DNA of 64,000 nucleotides from Candidatus Eiseniibacteriota bacterium (GTDB lineage Bacteria; Eisenbacteria; RBG-16-71-46; CAIMUX01; JAHJDP01), in the NCBI GenBank assembly GCA_018831195.1, contig JAHJDP010000004.1, positions 53,776 to 117,775 of the forward strand, read 5' to 3'. A program made the translations under genes and the position numbers. The notes beneath the pieces are model-generated. The model saw only the letters and a list, made by a program, of their open reading frames with translations. It did not search any database and was not told the origin of the DNA. This document shows, in pieces, positions 10,252 to 20,145 of this stretch (positions within the stretch are counted from its first letter, which is position 1; every line of letters starts with the position of its first letter).

Positions 10252-11697
10252 CTATTTAGGTAACACCATGGCCAAGAATAGCTTCTGAGGGCCACGCGTC
10301 ACCCGCAGGACAAACGGTTTGCTGCCATCCAAAGCGTCGAGGGCGTTCTTGAAATCAACCAGTGCTTCGATTTTCTTGTCACCGACCTTTTCAATCACAT
10401 CGCCGGGACGCAATCCCGCCTCCGCGGCGGAGCCTGTCGGCTCCACCGACTCCACAACGATGCCCTTCACGCTCTCATCGAGGTCCAACTGGGACCGGAT
10501 GGCCGACGTGAGGGCTTCCAGCCGGAATCCGAGCTTATCCTGCCAATCATTGCTCAATGATGCGGGGATAATTTCCGCCTCCTCATCCTCAAGCTCGCCG
10601 AGCACGACATCGATCGTTTTCTTCTCGCCATCCCGTAGAATCGTGACCGCAACCCGTGTGTCGGGTGGGAGGCCGGCGATACGGAAACGAAGATCCTGCA
10701 TGTTCTCGACCGGCTTGCCGTCGAGAGCGATAATCACATCCCGCTCGCGGATCCCGGCCTTGTCGGCGGGGCCATTCTCATTGACCTGCGAAACGAGGGC
10801 GCCCTTCAGTGTGCCAAGCTCCAGCGCTTCCGACATCTCCCGTGTGATTTCTTGGATGTAAACACCGAGTTGTCCGCGGATCACACGGCCATGCGTCAGG
10901 ATCGAGTCCATGACCTGCCTGGCCATATTGATCGGGATGGCGAAGCCGATGCCCTGATAACCGCCATTCCGGCTGGCAATGGCCGTGTTGATGCCGATGA
11001 CCTGGCCGTCGAGATTGATCATGGCGCCGCCGCTGTTGCCCGGGTTAATCGCGGCATCGGTTTGTATAAAGTCTTCATAGGATGCGAGCCTTAAATTGGA
11101 CCGCCCCTTGGCGCTGATGATGCCCGCCGTTACCGTTTGATTAAGTTGGAAGGGGCTTCCCGCCGCTAGAACCCAATCGCCGACCCGCATGACATCGGAG
11201 TCCCCGAGATGAGCCACCGGAAGATTGCTGACATTCTCATCGGCGGCGATCCGGATCACGGCAAGATCGGTCTTGGGGTCGCGCCCGACGATCTCAGCCT
11301 TGAGTTCCCTGCCGTCGGCCAATAAAACCGTCAGCTCTTCAGCCTCGGCGACGACATGGTTGTTGGTCAGAATGATGCCGTCATCCCTTACGATGACACC
11401 TGATCCCAGACCCTGCTGCGGGATTTCCCTTTCCTCGGGTTGTTCATTGGGATTGCCGAAGAAGCGCCAGAAGGGATCCTCGCGGGAGGAAAAGCGGATC
11501 ACCTTGAAAGAAGTAATCGTGACAACGGCCGGCATGACCTCTTCCGCGGCGCTCGCAAAGGCGTTGCTGAGGGCATGCGCTGTCTCACGATCATTTCCAT
11601 AACTCGGATCGGCCATCGCGGGGAGTGAAGCATTCGCCAACAAAAGGACGAGCCCCAGAATGCCGAGCCAACCGATAGATTTCCGAAGTGTGCTCAT
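10252..11697 (-). CDS. degP: Periplasmic serine endopeptidase DegP/HtrA (Do family, two PDZ domains)
   Basis: Catalytic triad context TNNHVV, DLAVIRI, GNSGGAM. Two PDZ-like segments. Signal peptide MSTLRKSIGWLGILGLVLLLANASLPAMA. GGAGG RBS precedes the ATG at 11697. Confidence 0.9.
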   Translation of the reverse strand: MSTLRKSIGWLGILGLVLLLANASLPAMADPSYGNDRETAHALSNAFASAAEEVMPAVVTITSFKVIRFSSREDPFWRFFGNPNEQPEEREIPQQGLGSGVIVRDDGIILTNNHVVAEAEELTVLLADGRELKAEIVGRDPKTDLAVIRIAADENVSNLPVAHLGDSDVMRVGDWVLAAGSPFQLNQTVTAGIISAKGRSNLRLASYEDFIQTDAAINPGNSGGAMINLDGQVIGINTAIASRNGGYQGIGFAIPINMARQVMDSILTHGRVIRGQLGVYIQEITREMSEALELGTLKGALVSQVNENGPADKAGIRERDVIIALDGKPVENMQDLRFRIAGLPPDTRVAVTILRDGEKKTIDVVLGELEDEEAEIIPASLSNDWQDKLGFRLEALTSAIRSQLDLDESVKGIVVESVEPTGSAAEAGLRPGDVIEKVGDKKIEALVDFKNALDALDGSKPFVLRVTRGPQKLFLAMVLPK

Positions 11698-12060
11698 GAG
11701 AAAAACCTCCATTTTCAATACATAGTCGCGGGGAGAGATAAAATCCCGTCGAACTTTTCCCGGCATCTTGCCAAGGCACCTTGTCAAAGCACTTTTTCAA
11801 GGCCCTCTGCCAGTGCGCCTTGCCAATGCACCTTACAAATACACAGGGCGGAGGGAGAATGTTCCGTTGAGTTTTTTGCCACTCCCGTCAAATTCCCCGA
11901 ATTGCAGTCTGGCGGATTCTTTACGCTGTTCATTGCAACCTGCAATTCGAAGAGTGCGTAAACGAAGATCGGCCAAAAAAGCGATTGGAACTTCAAGCAT
12001 ATCAACGTACTATAATTAGGAGCGCGGGCCGCGACTTGGAACAGAAGCTGCAATGCTTAA

Positions 12061-14421
12061 TTGATGATGCATCACAGGATTCCAGCACTCATACTCGGTC
12101 TCTGCACCTTATTGGGCGCGCTGGCGCCGACGATTGCCCGCGGAGATCCCAGTTATCCCCGGACCGCCCTTTACGTCTTCCGTCTCGATTTGATGACGGA
12201 GGCGGAACAGGATACCGCTTCGAGGCATGATCTCATTGTGACGAGTTGGGACTCTCCGCAGAAAATCGCGGAGTTCAGAGGTCGCAACCCCGATCTCCGA
12301 TTCATCTTCCGCAGCAATCCGATGTACTCGATCGACTACTCGTCGGATCTCGATTATTGGTATCCGGACACCACTTGGTCGCTTCTTCGGCTCGTCGAGT
12401 ATTACGCCCTCCAAAATGATTGGTATTTGAAGACAACGGCGGGGGATCGCATCCCGGCCTGGGACCAGTGGTTGATGAACTGGACCCCCTATTGTCCCAA
12501 GGGAACATATGGGACATCCGTCGGATTAACGTATGCCGAGTGGCTTGCCTCCGTCGCCATGCCGCAGATCATGCGCGATTCCCCCGATTGGGAACCGTGG
12601 GGTTGGGGATCGAGCGCCTTTGACGGGATTCACTTTGAGCTCTTGGTCGACTGCATGGGATCGTTGGCGGGGGTTTTTCAAGGGATCGAGGATGCCGATC
12701 CCGATGAAGACGGACTTGCCGAGGGTACGAGCCATATGTGCTCGCAAGGGGGTGATCAGGACTCTTTATCAATCCTCATGCGGGAGACAAATAATAAATT
12801 CTATGAGGATTTTGTCGAGGCGATGGGTGACGATTTCCCCTTCATTATGAATATGAATACCGAGTTCGCCGGTCCGAGCTGGCGGACTGAAGCCTGGGGA
12901 ATCAAAGTCGAACGGTGGCTCGATGCAAATCTCCCCTGGCAGGATTGGTGGGATTGGTTCTACGGCTTCCGCGACTATAGTGGAACGGAGTTGTGGGGGC
13001 CGGGCTACCAGTATGTGGAGGAGAATTACCGGCAGACGCCGGATGATCGAACCGGATGGGATCTTTCAATGCTCGAGGTTTACATGTCCCCCTCCTGGTC
13101 GTTCGAGCAGAAAGAGAAGTGGATACGTTATGGCATGGGGACGGCCCTGCTCGGGGATGGGTATTTTTACCATACGTATGATACCGACGAGGACCCGGCA
13201 TGGCATGATTTGTACAACCTGGATCTCGGGCTGCCGGTGGAAGATTACATAGGGGAGCTATCCAATCAAACGAGCACGCTGCGGGATACTGTTTATACGC
13301 GGCGTTTCACAAAAGGCCTGGTTATGGTCAATCCACAATCCGAGCCGGTTGACGGGATCGCGGCACAAGACGCCTACATGGGTCTTTGGTACACCTTGGC
13401 CGATCTCGAGGTGGAAAATGTAGAAGTCGGGACGACCGAACTGGCCTTCACGGTGCCCGATGGCGCCTTCAATCAGGTCGATGGATTCGAGCTTCGTGTG
13501 GCGAACTTCCCTCTCACCGCTGAAAATTGGGATGATGCGGCGATGGCGCCCGGATCGCCTTTCGACGGCAATCCCGGAGAGAGATTGCATATCATTCTCT
13601 CGAATCTTTCCGCGGAGATGACCTATTACGCCGCTATCCGGAATATCCTTCACGACCGCCAGGACCCTTCGCTCTCCAATGTCGTCAGCTGGCAGGGTGT
13701 ACCCTCAGATGAGGATGACACCCCTCCAGGCGCGCCCGGCGGGTTCATGTCGCCGGGGCAGGGAGCGAACTGGGTCACCCTGCGCTGGACCGCCCCCGGG
13801 GACGATGGCATGGAGGGGCAGGCGCAGGAATACGAGATTCGGTATCTTGTGGGACGGACCATCGTAACCCAGTTTGATTGGAATATCGGCATTCCCGTCT
13901 ATGAAGGGATCCCGGTTCCCGGGGTTCCGGGCACCGAGCAAAACTGTCTGGTTGAGGGATTGCAGCCCGAAACGGCCTATGGTTTTGCTGTGCGGGCCTA
14001 TGACGAAGAACGGAATGAAGGGCTCCTCACCCTGCCCCTGCTCGTCTCCACCCGGTCTTCCGGACCGCCGCCCGACATCACCGCGCCGAGCGCCATTCAT
14101 GATCTGGCGGCGACCGATTCTTCACAAGCTTGGATCAATCTGCAATGGACCGCCCCCGGCGATGACGGCATGATCGGCCGGGCGCAGTTTTACCGGCTGC
14201 GGATTGTTGAGAATGGGGTTCTCGAGTCGGAGGTCGATTGGGCCTATGCCACTCCGATTGAGGACAATCTACCGGTGCCGGCTTTGGCCGGAGAGCTCGA
14301 GTTTTATTGTCTAACTGATCTGGCCCCCGGAACCACATACGGCGTGGCGGTGCGGGCGGTCGATGATGCCGGCCTGATGGGCGCCCTTTCCTCACCCCTG
14401 GCGGCGCATACACTCCCTTAG
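12061..14421 (+). CDS. N-terminal 786-aa segment of a giant secreted protein (signal peptide, glycoside-hydrolase-like domain, two FN3-like domains), terminated by an in-frame TAG
   Basis: Signal peptide MMMHHRIPALILGLCTLLGALAPTIARG. FN3-like modules carry a W(T)APGDDG(M)EG...Y.(I/L)RY signature. TAG at 14419-14421. Confidence 0.7.
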   Translation: MMMHHRIPALILGLCTLLGALAPTIARGDPSYPRTALYVFRLDLMTEAEQDTASRHDLIVTSWDSPQKIAEFRGRNPDLRFIFRSNPMYSIDYSSDLDYWYPDTTWSLLRLVEYYALQNDWYLKTTAGDRIPAWDQWLMNWTPYCPKGTYGTSVGLTYAEWLASVAMPQIMRDSPDWEPWGWGSSAFDGIHFELLVDCMGSLAGVFQGIEDADPDEDGLAEGTSHMCSQGGDQDSLSILMRETNNKFYEDFVEAMGDDFPFIMNMNTEFAGPSWRTEAWGIKVERWLDANLPWQDWWDWFYGFRDYSGTELWGPGYQYVEENYRQTPDDRTGWDLSMLEVYMSPSWSFEQKEKWIRYGMGTALLGDGYFYHTYDTDEDPAWHDLYNLDLGLPVEDYIGELSNQTSTLRDTVYTRRFTKGLVMVNPQSEPVDGIAAQDAYMGLWYTLADLEVENVEVGTTELAFTVPDGAFNQVDGFELRVANFPLTAENWDDAAMAPGSPFDGNPGERLHIILSNLSAEMTYYAAIRNILHDRQDPSLSNVVSWQGVPSDEDDTPPGAPGGFMSPGQGANWVTLRWTAPGDDGMEGQAQEYEIRYLVGRTIVTQFDWNIGIPVYEGIPVPGVPGTEQNCLVEGLQPETAYGFAVRAYDEERNEGLLTLPLLVSTRSSGPPPDITAPSAIHDLAATDSSQAWINLQWTAPGDDGMIGRAQFYRLRIVENGVLESEVDWAYATPIEDNLPVPALAGELEFYCLTDLAPGTTYGVAVRAVDDAGLMGALSSPLAAHTLP

Positions 14422-17148
14422 CCGGTCCCGCCCGATACACTAAGACCCGAGATCATCATCGATCTTCAGGTTACGGATCGCGGTGAAGACTGGCTGGATT
14501 TGGCATGGACCGCGCCGGCCGATCCGCCCGAGAGTGATACGGTTCAGAATTATTACCTGGCCTACCGGCCCGGTGATCCCCTGGTGACGGAAATCGATTG
14601 GATCACTTCGAATGTCATATCCAATGGTCTCCCGGAACCATCGGCGCCCGGGTCACCCGAACAATACCGTTTGACCGGCCTTGATCCGGGTATTTTCTAT
14701 GGCATTTCGCTGCGGACCGATGACGCCGCGGGGAATCTTTCACATTTGAGCCCGCCCTTCGCCGACAGCACGATGGCCGAGCCGCCGCCGCCCCCGCCGC
14801 CGGACACCCTGCCGCCCTATCCGATTGATGATCTGGCCGTACTGTATAGGGACACGACCTCGGTCATCCTCGAATGGACGGTTCCGCAAGATCAGGGCGG
14901 CTCGTCGCTGGCTTCTTATGAGATCCGTCTTTCCGTTTCCAGCGATCCCATCGATGAAACGACCTGGCCGTCGGCCACGCCCTATCCCAGTTCGCCCCTT
15001 CCACATGAACCGGCGACGCAGCAGACCATTTCTTGGAAGGGACTGGAACCGGGGACAAGCTATGCGGCGGCCGTCAAAACCCGGGACATGCAAGGAAATC
15101 TGTCGGAACTTTCGAATCCACTGGTTTTCGAAACCGATACGCTCTACATACCGCCGGAAGTCGATGAAACGCCCCCAAGCCGGGTTGATGATTTTCGTGT
15201 CGTGTCGGTCCTGACGGATGGTTTCCGCCTTCTTTGGACGATGACCGGGGATGATGGGATGGAGGGCTTGGCCGATTCGATGGCTGTTGCGTTGACAGCC
15301 GGTGATACACCCATCGAGGACGAAGCGGCTTGGATGGGCGCGGCCAAGCTCCAAGATCTGCCCTCGATTGAGCCGCCGGGGACGGAAATGCAATTCGATC
15401 TCAGCGGACTGGAGCCGGAAAGCGCCTATGCCCTCGCGATCCGTGTTTTCGATGAGGCGGGAAATGTCTCGCCGATGTCACCACCGCTGGTCCACCGGAC
15501 ATTGGCGTTGCCCGATACAATGGATCCCGAACCGATCATCGATCTCACCCTGGCGGCGGTCGGGACCACATTTGTACAACTCGAATGGACCGCCCCCGGC
15601 GACCCCGATGGGGAGCTTCAGCGCTATATTCTCGGCTGGAAATTCGGAGATTGGGAGCCGAGTCTCAGAGCATGGGAACTGGCCGCCAAAGACTCGACTT
15701 CGTTGCCCGCGCCTTCCCCGCCGGGCTCTCTGGAAACGGTTCGCCTTGAGGGCCTGCTGCCCGATACAACCTATTCCTTTCAGATCCGATGCCGGGATGC
15801 GGCCGATCATCTCTCCGAGGAGGGGACTGTTTTAACAATCGAGACCTTGCCGTTGGAGGATCCGCCCGATCCGCCGGATGATCCCCCGCCGCCGTGGCCG
15901 ATCACCGATCTTTCCCTCGCCGATGTGGGACTGGATTGGATGATTCTCACCTGGTCGGCGCCGCCCGATTCAGGGGATCTCATCATTTCCTACGTCCTCG
16001 GTATTTATCCGGGATCGCCGATTGAAGATGAAGCCGGCTGGGAGAGCGCCCTGCATCTGACAGAGGGTCTGCCGCCCCCGGCGCCTGAGGGCGCGGTTCA
16101 ATCGGTTCGGATCGATGATATCTCGCTCAAGAATGGGTCCGGTGTCGCTCTGCGCGCGCTTTTCAACGAGGACAGCCTGACGGCGCTCGCGAATCCCCTG
16201 TGGATCGATCCGCAGACACAACCGCCGGAAGATCCGGAACCACCCGCGGCCGTGGATGACTTGCACATTTTAAGCATAGGGCCGGAAGAGCTCGTTCTGG
16301 AATGGACCGCGCCCCACCCTGGATTGCATGGGGGGGATGTGATCTCCTATGAACTCGGGATATCTCCCGAAATGATCACCGAGGAATCATGGGATTTGGT
16401 GGAAAAAATCGAGGACCCACCGCTGCCGGCGGCGCCGGGAACGATGCAAGATTGGTGGGTCGGCGATCTGACCGAGGGAACATTATACATTTTCGCCCTG
16501 AAAAGCCGGTCGGAAGATTTGCTCTGGTCGCCTCTCTCGAACCTACTCACGCTGACGACTCCCCAGATCGACGCCGTGCCGCCGCTGCCTCCATCCACAC
16601 TGAATGTGCAATGGCTCGAAGAGGACCTGCTGCTGTTGGAATGGCCGCCGGTCAACGATCCCTACCTTACCGGGTATCATGTGTACCAGCGTCTGGGCGC
16701 CGGGGAATTCATGCGGGTGACCGTTGAGCCGGTTTCGGCGCCCCGTCTGGAATTGACCGCACCGACGGCGGATGCGCCGGTCCTGTACGCTGTGACTTCG
16801 GTTAATCGTTGGGGATTGGAAAGCGCTCTATCAGAGGAAACGATGCTTTATACCGATGCCTTCCGCCTGATGTGTCCCAGGCCTCACCCGGCGCGGGCGT
16901 CGGCGCGGTTCCAATTGTCCCTGCCGCCGGCTCCTGGAGGTAATGTTCAACTTCAGGCGGCCGTCTACACGCTCTCAGGCAGACGGCTCTTTATGCTCTG
17001 GAACGGCCCTGTCCGGGCGGGCCGGGAGATTGAACTGATCTGGGATGGTCTCTCTGAATCGGGCCGTCCCGTGACGCCGGGGTTCTATCTTCTTAGAGTT
17101 CGAGCGGGGAATGACGTTCGGGGAATGAAGTTTCTGCTGATCGAGTAA
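14422..17148 (+). CDS. C-terminal about 908-aa segment of the same giant protein (roughly seven more FN3-like domains plus T9SS type-A sorting domain); in frame with 12061..14421
   Basis: Translation directly after the TAG (PVPPDTLRPEIIIDLQVTDRGEDWLDLAWTAPADP...) forms a complete FN3 module homologous to upstream ones. No signal peptide or RBS precedes this segment. C-terminus AAVYTLSGRRLFMLWNG......WDGLSESGRPVTPGFYLLRV. Confidence 0.7.
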   Translation, partial: PVPPDTLRPEIIIDLQVTDRGEDWLDLAWTAPADPPESDTVQNYYLAYRPGDPLVTEIDWITSNVISNGLPEPSAPGSPEQYRLTGLDPGIFYGISLRTDDAAGNLSHLSPPFADSTMAEPPPPPPPDTLPPYPIDDLAVLYRDTTSVILEWTVPQDQGGSSLASYEIRLSVSSDPIDETTWPSATPYPSSPLPHEPATQQTISWKGLEPGTSYAAAVKTRDMQGNLSELSNPLVFETDTLYIPPEVDETPPSRVDDFRVVSVLTDGFRLLWTMTGDDGMEGLADSMAVALTAGDTPIEDEAAWMGAAKLQDLPSIEPPGTEMQFDLSGLEPESAYALAIRVFDEAGNVSPMSPPLVHRTLALPDTMDPEPIIDLTLAAVGTTFVQLEWTAPGDPDGELQRYILGWKFGDWEPSLRAWELAAKDSTSLPAPSPPGSLETVRLEGLLPDTTYSFQIRCRDAADHLSEEGTVLTIETLPLEDPPDPPDDPPPPWPITDLSLADVGLDWMILTWSAPPDSGDLIISYVLGIYPGSPIEDEAGWESALHLTEGLPPPAPEGAVQSVRIDDISLKNGSGVALRALFNEDSLTALANPLWIDPQTQPPEDPEPPAAVDDLHILSIGPEELVLEWTAPHPGLHGGDVISYELGISPEMITEESWDLVEKIEDPPLPAAPGTMQDWWVGDLTEGTLYIFALKSRSEDLLWSPLSNLLTLTTPQIDAVPPLPPSTLNVQWLEEDLLLLEWPPVNDPYLTGYHVYQRLGAGEFMRVTVEPVSAPRLELTAPTADAPVLYAVTSVNRWGLESALSEETMLYTDAFRLMCPRPHPARASARFQLSLPPAPGGNVQLQAAVYTLSGRRLFMLWNGPVRAGREIELIWDGLSESGRPVTPGFYLLRVRAGNDVRGMKFLLIE

Positions 17149-17196
17149 TTCCACAAGCCGGTGATCGCGCTGTTGCGCCATCATAACTGTTGCGGG

Positions 17197-18156
17197 CTAT
17201 GTCACGCGCAACAGATCCATAACCTTCTCCAATTCCTTCTCCACAAGGCCGATGGCCGGGATGCCCGCCGCGGGAGACATGTCGAGTTCCCGCCAAAACT
17301 CTTCAGGCGGATCACCGATGGGTGGGAACTGGGGGATATAGGGGACAACCTGTGCGGTCAGCGTGTCGGCGACATAGAGCAGAGTCGTCAGCTTCCGGTG
17401 GGTCGTTGCCGCATGGGGTTGGTGATGGTACTGCACGGCGTTCGAGAGGATCTTGGGAAGTTTCCATTGCTGAATCAGCCAGGCTCCGGCGTCGGCGTGT
17501 GTGAATCCTAGATGTCTGAATTCACTGGGACCCGAGCCCTCTTCTGAATCTTCATGATCGCCGAGGATCTCTGCGACCCTTTCGGGAATGACCTGATCGA
17601 GAATAATCCATCCGACATTGTGCAATAGACCCGTGACGAAGGCGGTTTCAGGTTTGGCCGCTCGCGTTTGACGGGCCAGATGACGAGCGAGAATCCCCGT
17701 TCCGACGCTGTGGCGCCAGACGAGATCGACATCAAAATTTGTCAAATAGGGTTTCCGGAGCAACAGGCCTGTTTGCACAACAAGGGCGATGGAGAGGTTT
17801 TTTAATTCGCTGAGACCGGCATAGATAATCGCATCCCGCACATTCACCAGCTTCCGGCGCAGCCCGAAACTGACGGAATTGACAATCCGCAGAAGATTGA
17901 CGGTCAGGGAGGGGTCGCTCTCAACGATTTGGGTCAGATGATCGACCGTTGTTTCCGGCCGGTCGATGACCTCCCAGAGCCGGGCGATAGCATGGGGAAC
18001 GGGGGAGAGGTAATCTCTCTCCCCCAACGCGTTCTGGACACGCGCCAGGGCATTGTTTTCTATGATTTCAGTCACGATGGAATCCTCTGGTCCGCCCCCC
18101 GATGTTGATCTATCGGCAGGGGAAGTGGAATCGTTGAGGGGTGGATGAGGTTCCAC
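17197..18156 (-). CDS. HDOD domain signalling protein
   Basis: HDOD signature: ...IVESDPSLTVNLLRIVNSVSFG...IYAGLSELKNLSIA... and the HD-like GLLHNVGWI motif. Confidence 0.7.
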   Translation of the reverse strand: MEPHPPLNDSTSPADRSTSGGGPEDSIVTEIIENNALARVQNALGERDYLSPVPHAIARLWEVIDRPETTVDHLTQIVESDPSLTVNLLRIVNSVSFGLRRKLVNVRDAIIYAGLSELKNLSIALVVQTGLLLRKPYLTNFDVDLVWRHSVGTGILARHLARQTRAAKPETAFVTGLLHNVGWIILDQVIPERVAEILGDHEDSEEGSGPSEFRHLGFTHADAGAWLIQQWKLPKILSNAVQYHHQPHAATTHRKLTTLLYVADTLTAQVVPYIPQFPPIGDPPEEFWRELDMSPAAGIPAIGLVEKELEKVMDLLRVT

Positions 18157-18207
18157 CGGGACCGGGCATGGCTCGAGGGGGGATGGAAGGGCGGGCTCAT
18201 TTCCTTC

Positions 18208-20091
18208 TCACAAATCGAGATAGGGCGGCCTGCGACGAAGTTCCATGAATTCCGAGATCCACCGGGAGGCATTTTTGTCGCCCGCTGCGCCCGTCTTCCC
18301 GGCCTCCTCGAGCCGCTTTTGGAATCTTTCCCGGATCTCTTCGGGATCCCAGCCGGCGACACCGGCGATCCAATCGATCGGATCGGCGGGTTTGACGGGA
18401 TCGATTTGAAAGCGCCCGGAGGACTCTGCCCTCACGAGGATTTCGGCCGGTTTGCCGAAGAGGTTGTGGACATTTCCCAGGACATCCTGATAGGCGCCCA
18501 GCAGGGCGATGGCCAGGATATAAGGCTCTCCGGAATCGGTCGGGTGAAGCTCCAATCCTTCTTTAACATTCTTAGGAGCGACGAAGTGATCCATCTTGCC
18601 GTCACTATCACAGGTCATGTCGAGGAGGATCCCGATCTCCACAGGGGTCTCATCAAGGCGGTGGATCGGAAGGACGGGGTAGAGTTGCCCGATCGCCCAG
18701 GCGTCGGGTGCTGAGCGGAAGACACTGAAGTTGGCGATATAGCCCCGGCGAAAAACCCGCTGTAATTGGGAGAACTCGCCCGTCACCTCACCCGCGTCAC
18801 GGGCATAGGCGAGAGCCTTCCGGCAGACATCCCGAAAAACCGACTCGGCGCGGGCGCGGGCCTTGAGGCTGAGATAACCGAGATCAAAGAGAGATTGCAA
18901 TTCCTCCCGCTCCTGCAAAGCGTCGTGATAATACTCCCTGTAATTTTTGGGATTGATAACGCGGAGGGTTTCCTCCAGTTCGGCCATGAGGGGATGTTCT
19001 TCCGCGCCGGTCTCGGGGGGTGGAGTGGGTGCGGCTTCCCGGGCATGTACATTGAAAAGGAGCAGCGCGTGGTAGGCGGTCATCGCCCGGCCGCTCTCTG
19101 AAATCAAAGCCGGATAGGGAACCTTTTCGTGATCGCAAACCTCACGTGTGTTGTAGACGACGTCGTTGGCGTATTCTTCAAGGGAGTAATTAACACTCGA
19201 ATCGGCCGAGCTTCCCGATCCATCGTAATCGACACCGAGGCCGCCGCCGACATTAAGAAGGGTGACCGGAAAACCCATTTTCCGGACTTTTGTATAAACG
19301 CGGGCCGCTTCCTTCACCGCCTTCTTAATCTTGCGGATATCGGGTATCTGGCTGCCGATATGAAAGTGGAGCATCCGAAGACGCTCCGTCATTCCCATGT
19401 CGCGGATCAGATCAAGGGCGTAGACGAGATCGGGTGTGGTGAGCCCGAATTTGCCTGCATCGCCGCCGGTCGACTCCCACTTGCCGCTGCCGCGGCTGTA
19501 AAGCCGTCCGCGGAGGCCCAATTCCAGAAGTCCGCGATCGTCACCGAGGGCGTTTAAGATTTCCAGTTCCCGGATCTGTTCCACCACGATCGCAACACGC
19601 AGCCCGGCGCGGGCGGCCAGAACAGCCATCCGGAGATACGAGGCGTCTTTAAAACCATTGCAAACAACCAGTGTGCCCGGCGGGAGGTCCATCCCCAGAA
19701 CCAGATGAAGCTCCCCTTTGCTTCCCGACTCGATCCCGAGACCCAAATCACGGCCTGATTTCAAGATCTGCTCGACGACGACGCGTTGCGGACTGACTTT
19801 AAGCGGGTAGACCGGTTGGTACGGGGCGTCATATGCAAACTTTGTTTTTGCCGCGTCAAAAGCTCTGTGCAGCCGTTGAACCTCTGTCTCCAAAATCTGT
19901 GGAAAGCGGACGAGGAAAGGCGGGTTTATCTTGCGGCCGCGGGCTTCTTGTACAATCTCCCACAGATCGATCTCCGGCCCGCCGGGGACCGGCTGGACAG
20001 CAAGGTGGCCGGTCCGGGTTATGCTGAAATATCCGTGGCCCCAGTTTTCGACTCCGTACAGCTCGAGCGCACGGCGGATGGCCGATTCCAA
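18208..20091 (-). CDS. speA: Biosynthetic arginine decarboxylase
   Basis: A 627-aa protein. N-terminus LYGVENWGHGYFSI and YPLKVSPQRVVVEQIL...GLGIESGSKGEL are typical SpeA (PLP fold III) segments. Confidence 0.9.
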   Translation of the reverse strand: MESAIRRALELYGVENWGHGYFSITRTGHLAVQPVPGGPEIDLWEIVQEARGRKINPPFLVRFPQILETEVQRLHRAFDAAKTKFAYDAPYQPVYPLKVSPQRVVVEQILKSGRDLGLGIESGSKGELHLVLGMDLPPGTLVVCNGFKDASYLRMAVLAARAGLRVAIVVEQIRELEILNALGDDRGLLELGLRGRLYSRGSGKWESTGGDAGKFGLTTPDLVYALDLIRDMGMTERLRMLHFHIGSQIPDIRKIKKAVKEAARVYTKVRKMGFPVTLLNVGGGLGVDYDGSGSSADSSVNYSLEEYANDVVYNTREVCDHEKVPYPALISESGRAMTAYHALLLFNVHAREAAPTPPPETGAEEHPLMAELEETLRVINPKNYREYYHDALQEREELQSLFDLGYLSLKARARAESVFRDVCRKALAYARDAGEVTGEFSQLQRVFRRGYIANFSVFRSAPDAWAIGQLYPVLPIHRLDETPVEIGILLDMTCDSDGKMDHFVAPKNVKEGLELHPTDSGEPYILAIALLGAYQDVLGNVHNLFGKPAEILVRAESSGRFQIDPVKPADPIDWIAGVAGWDPEEIRERFQKRLEEAGKTGAAGDKNASRWISEFMELRRRPPYLDL

Positions 20092-20145
20092 CCGCTACCT
20101 CCCTGATCGTTCTGCGGGCTCCGCCGCCGGTCCGAAAACCGGCGG

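Noticed and set aside
14419-14421. Pyrrolysine or global TAG reassignment as the explanation for the in-frame TAG
   Set aside because: TAG cleanly terminates at least two other confident genes in the window (1..531 and degP). No pylTSBCD-like genes are present, and the protein is not a methylamine methyltransferase. A local event (mutation, error or readthrough) is more likely.
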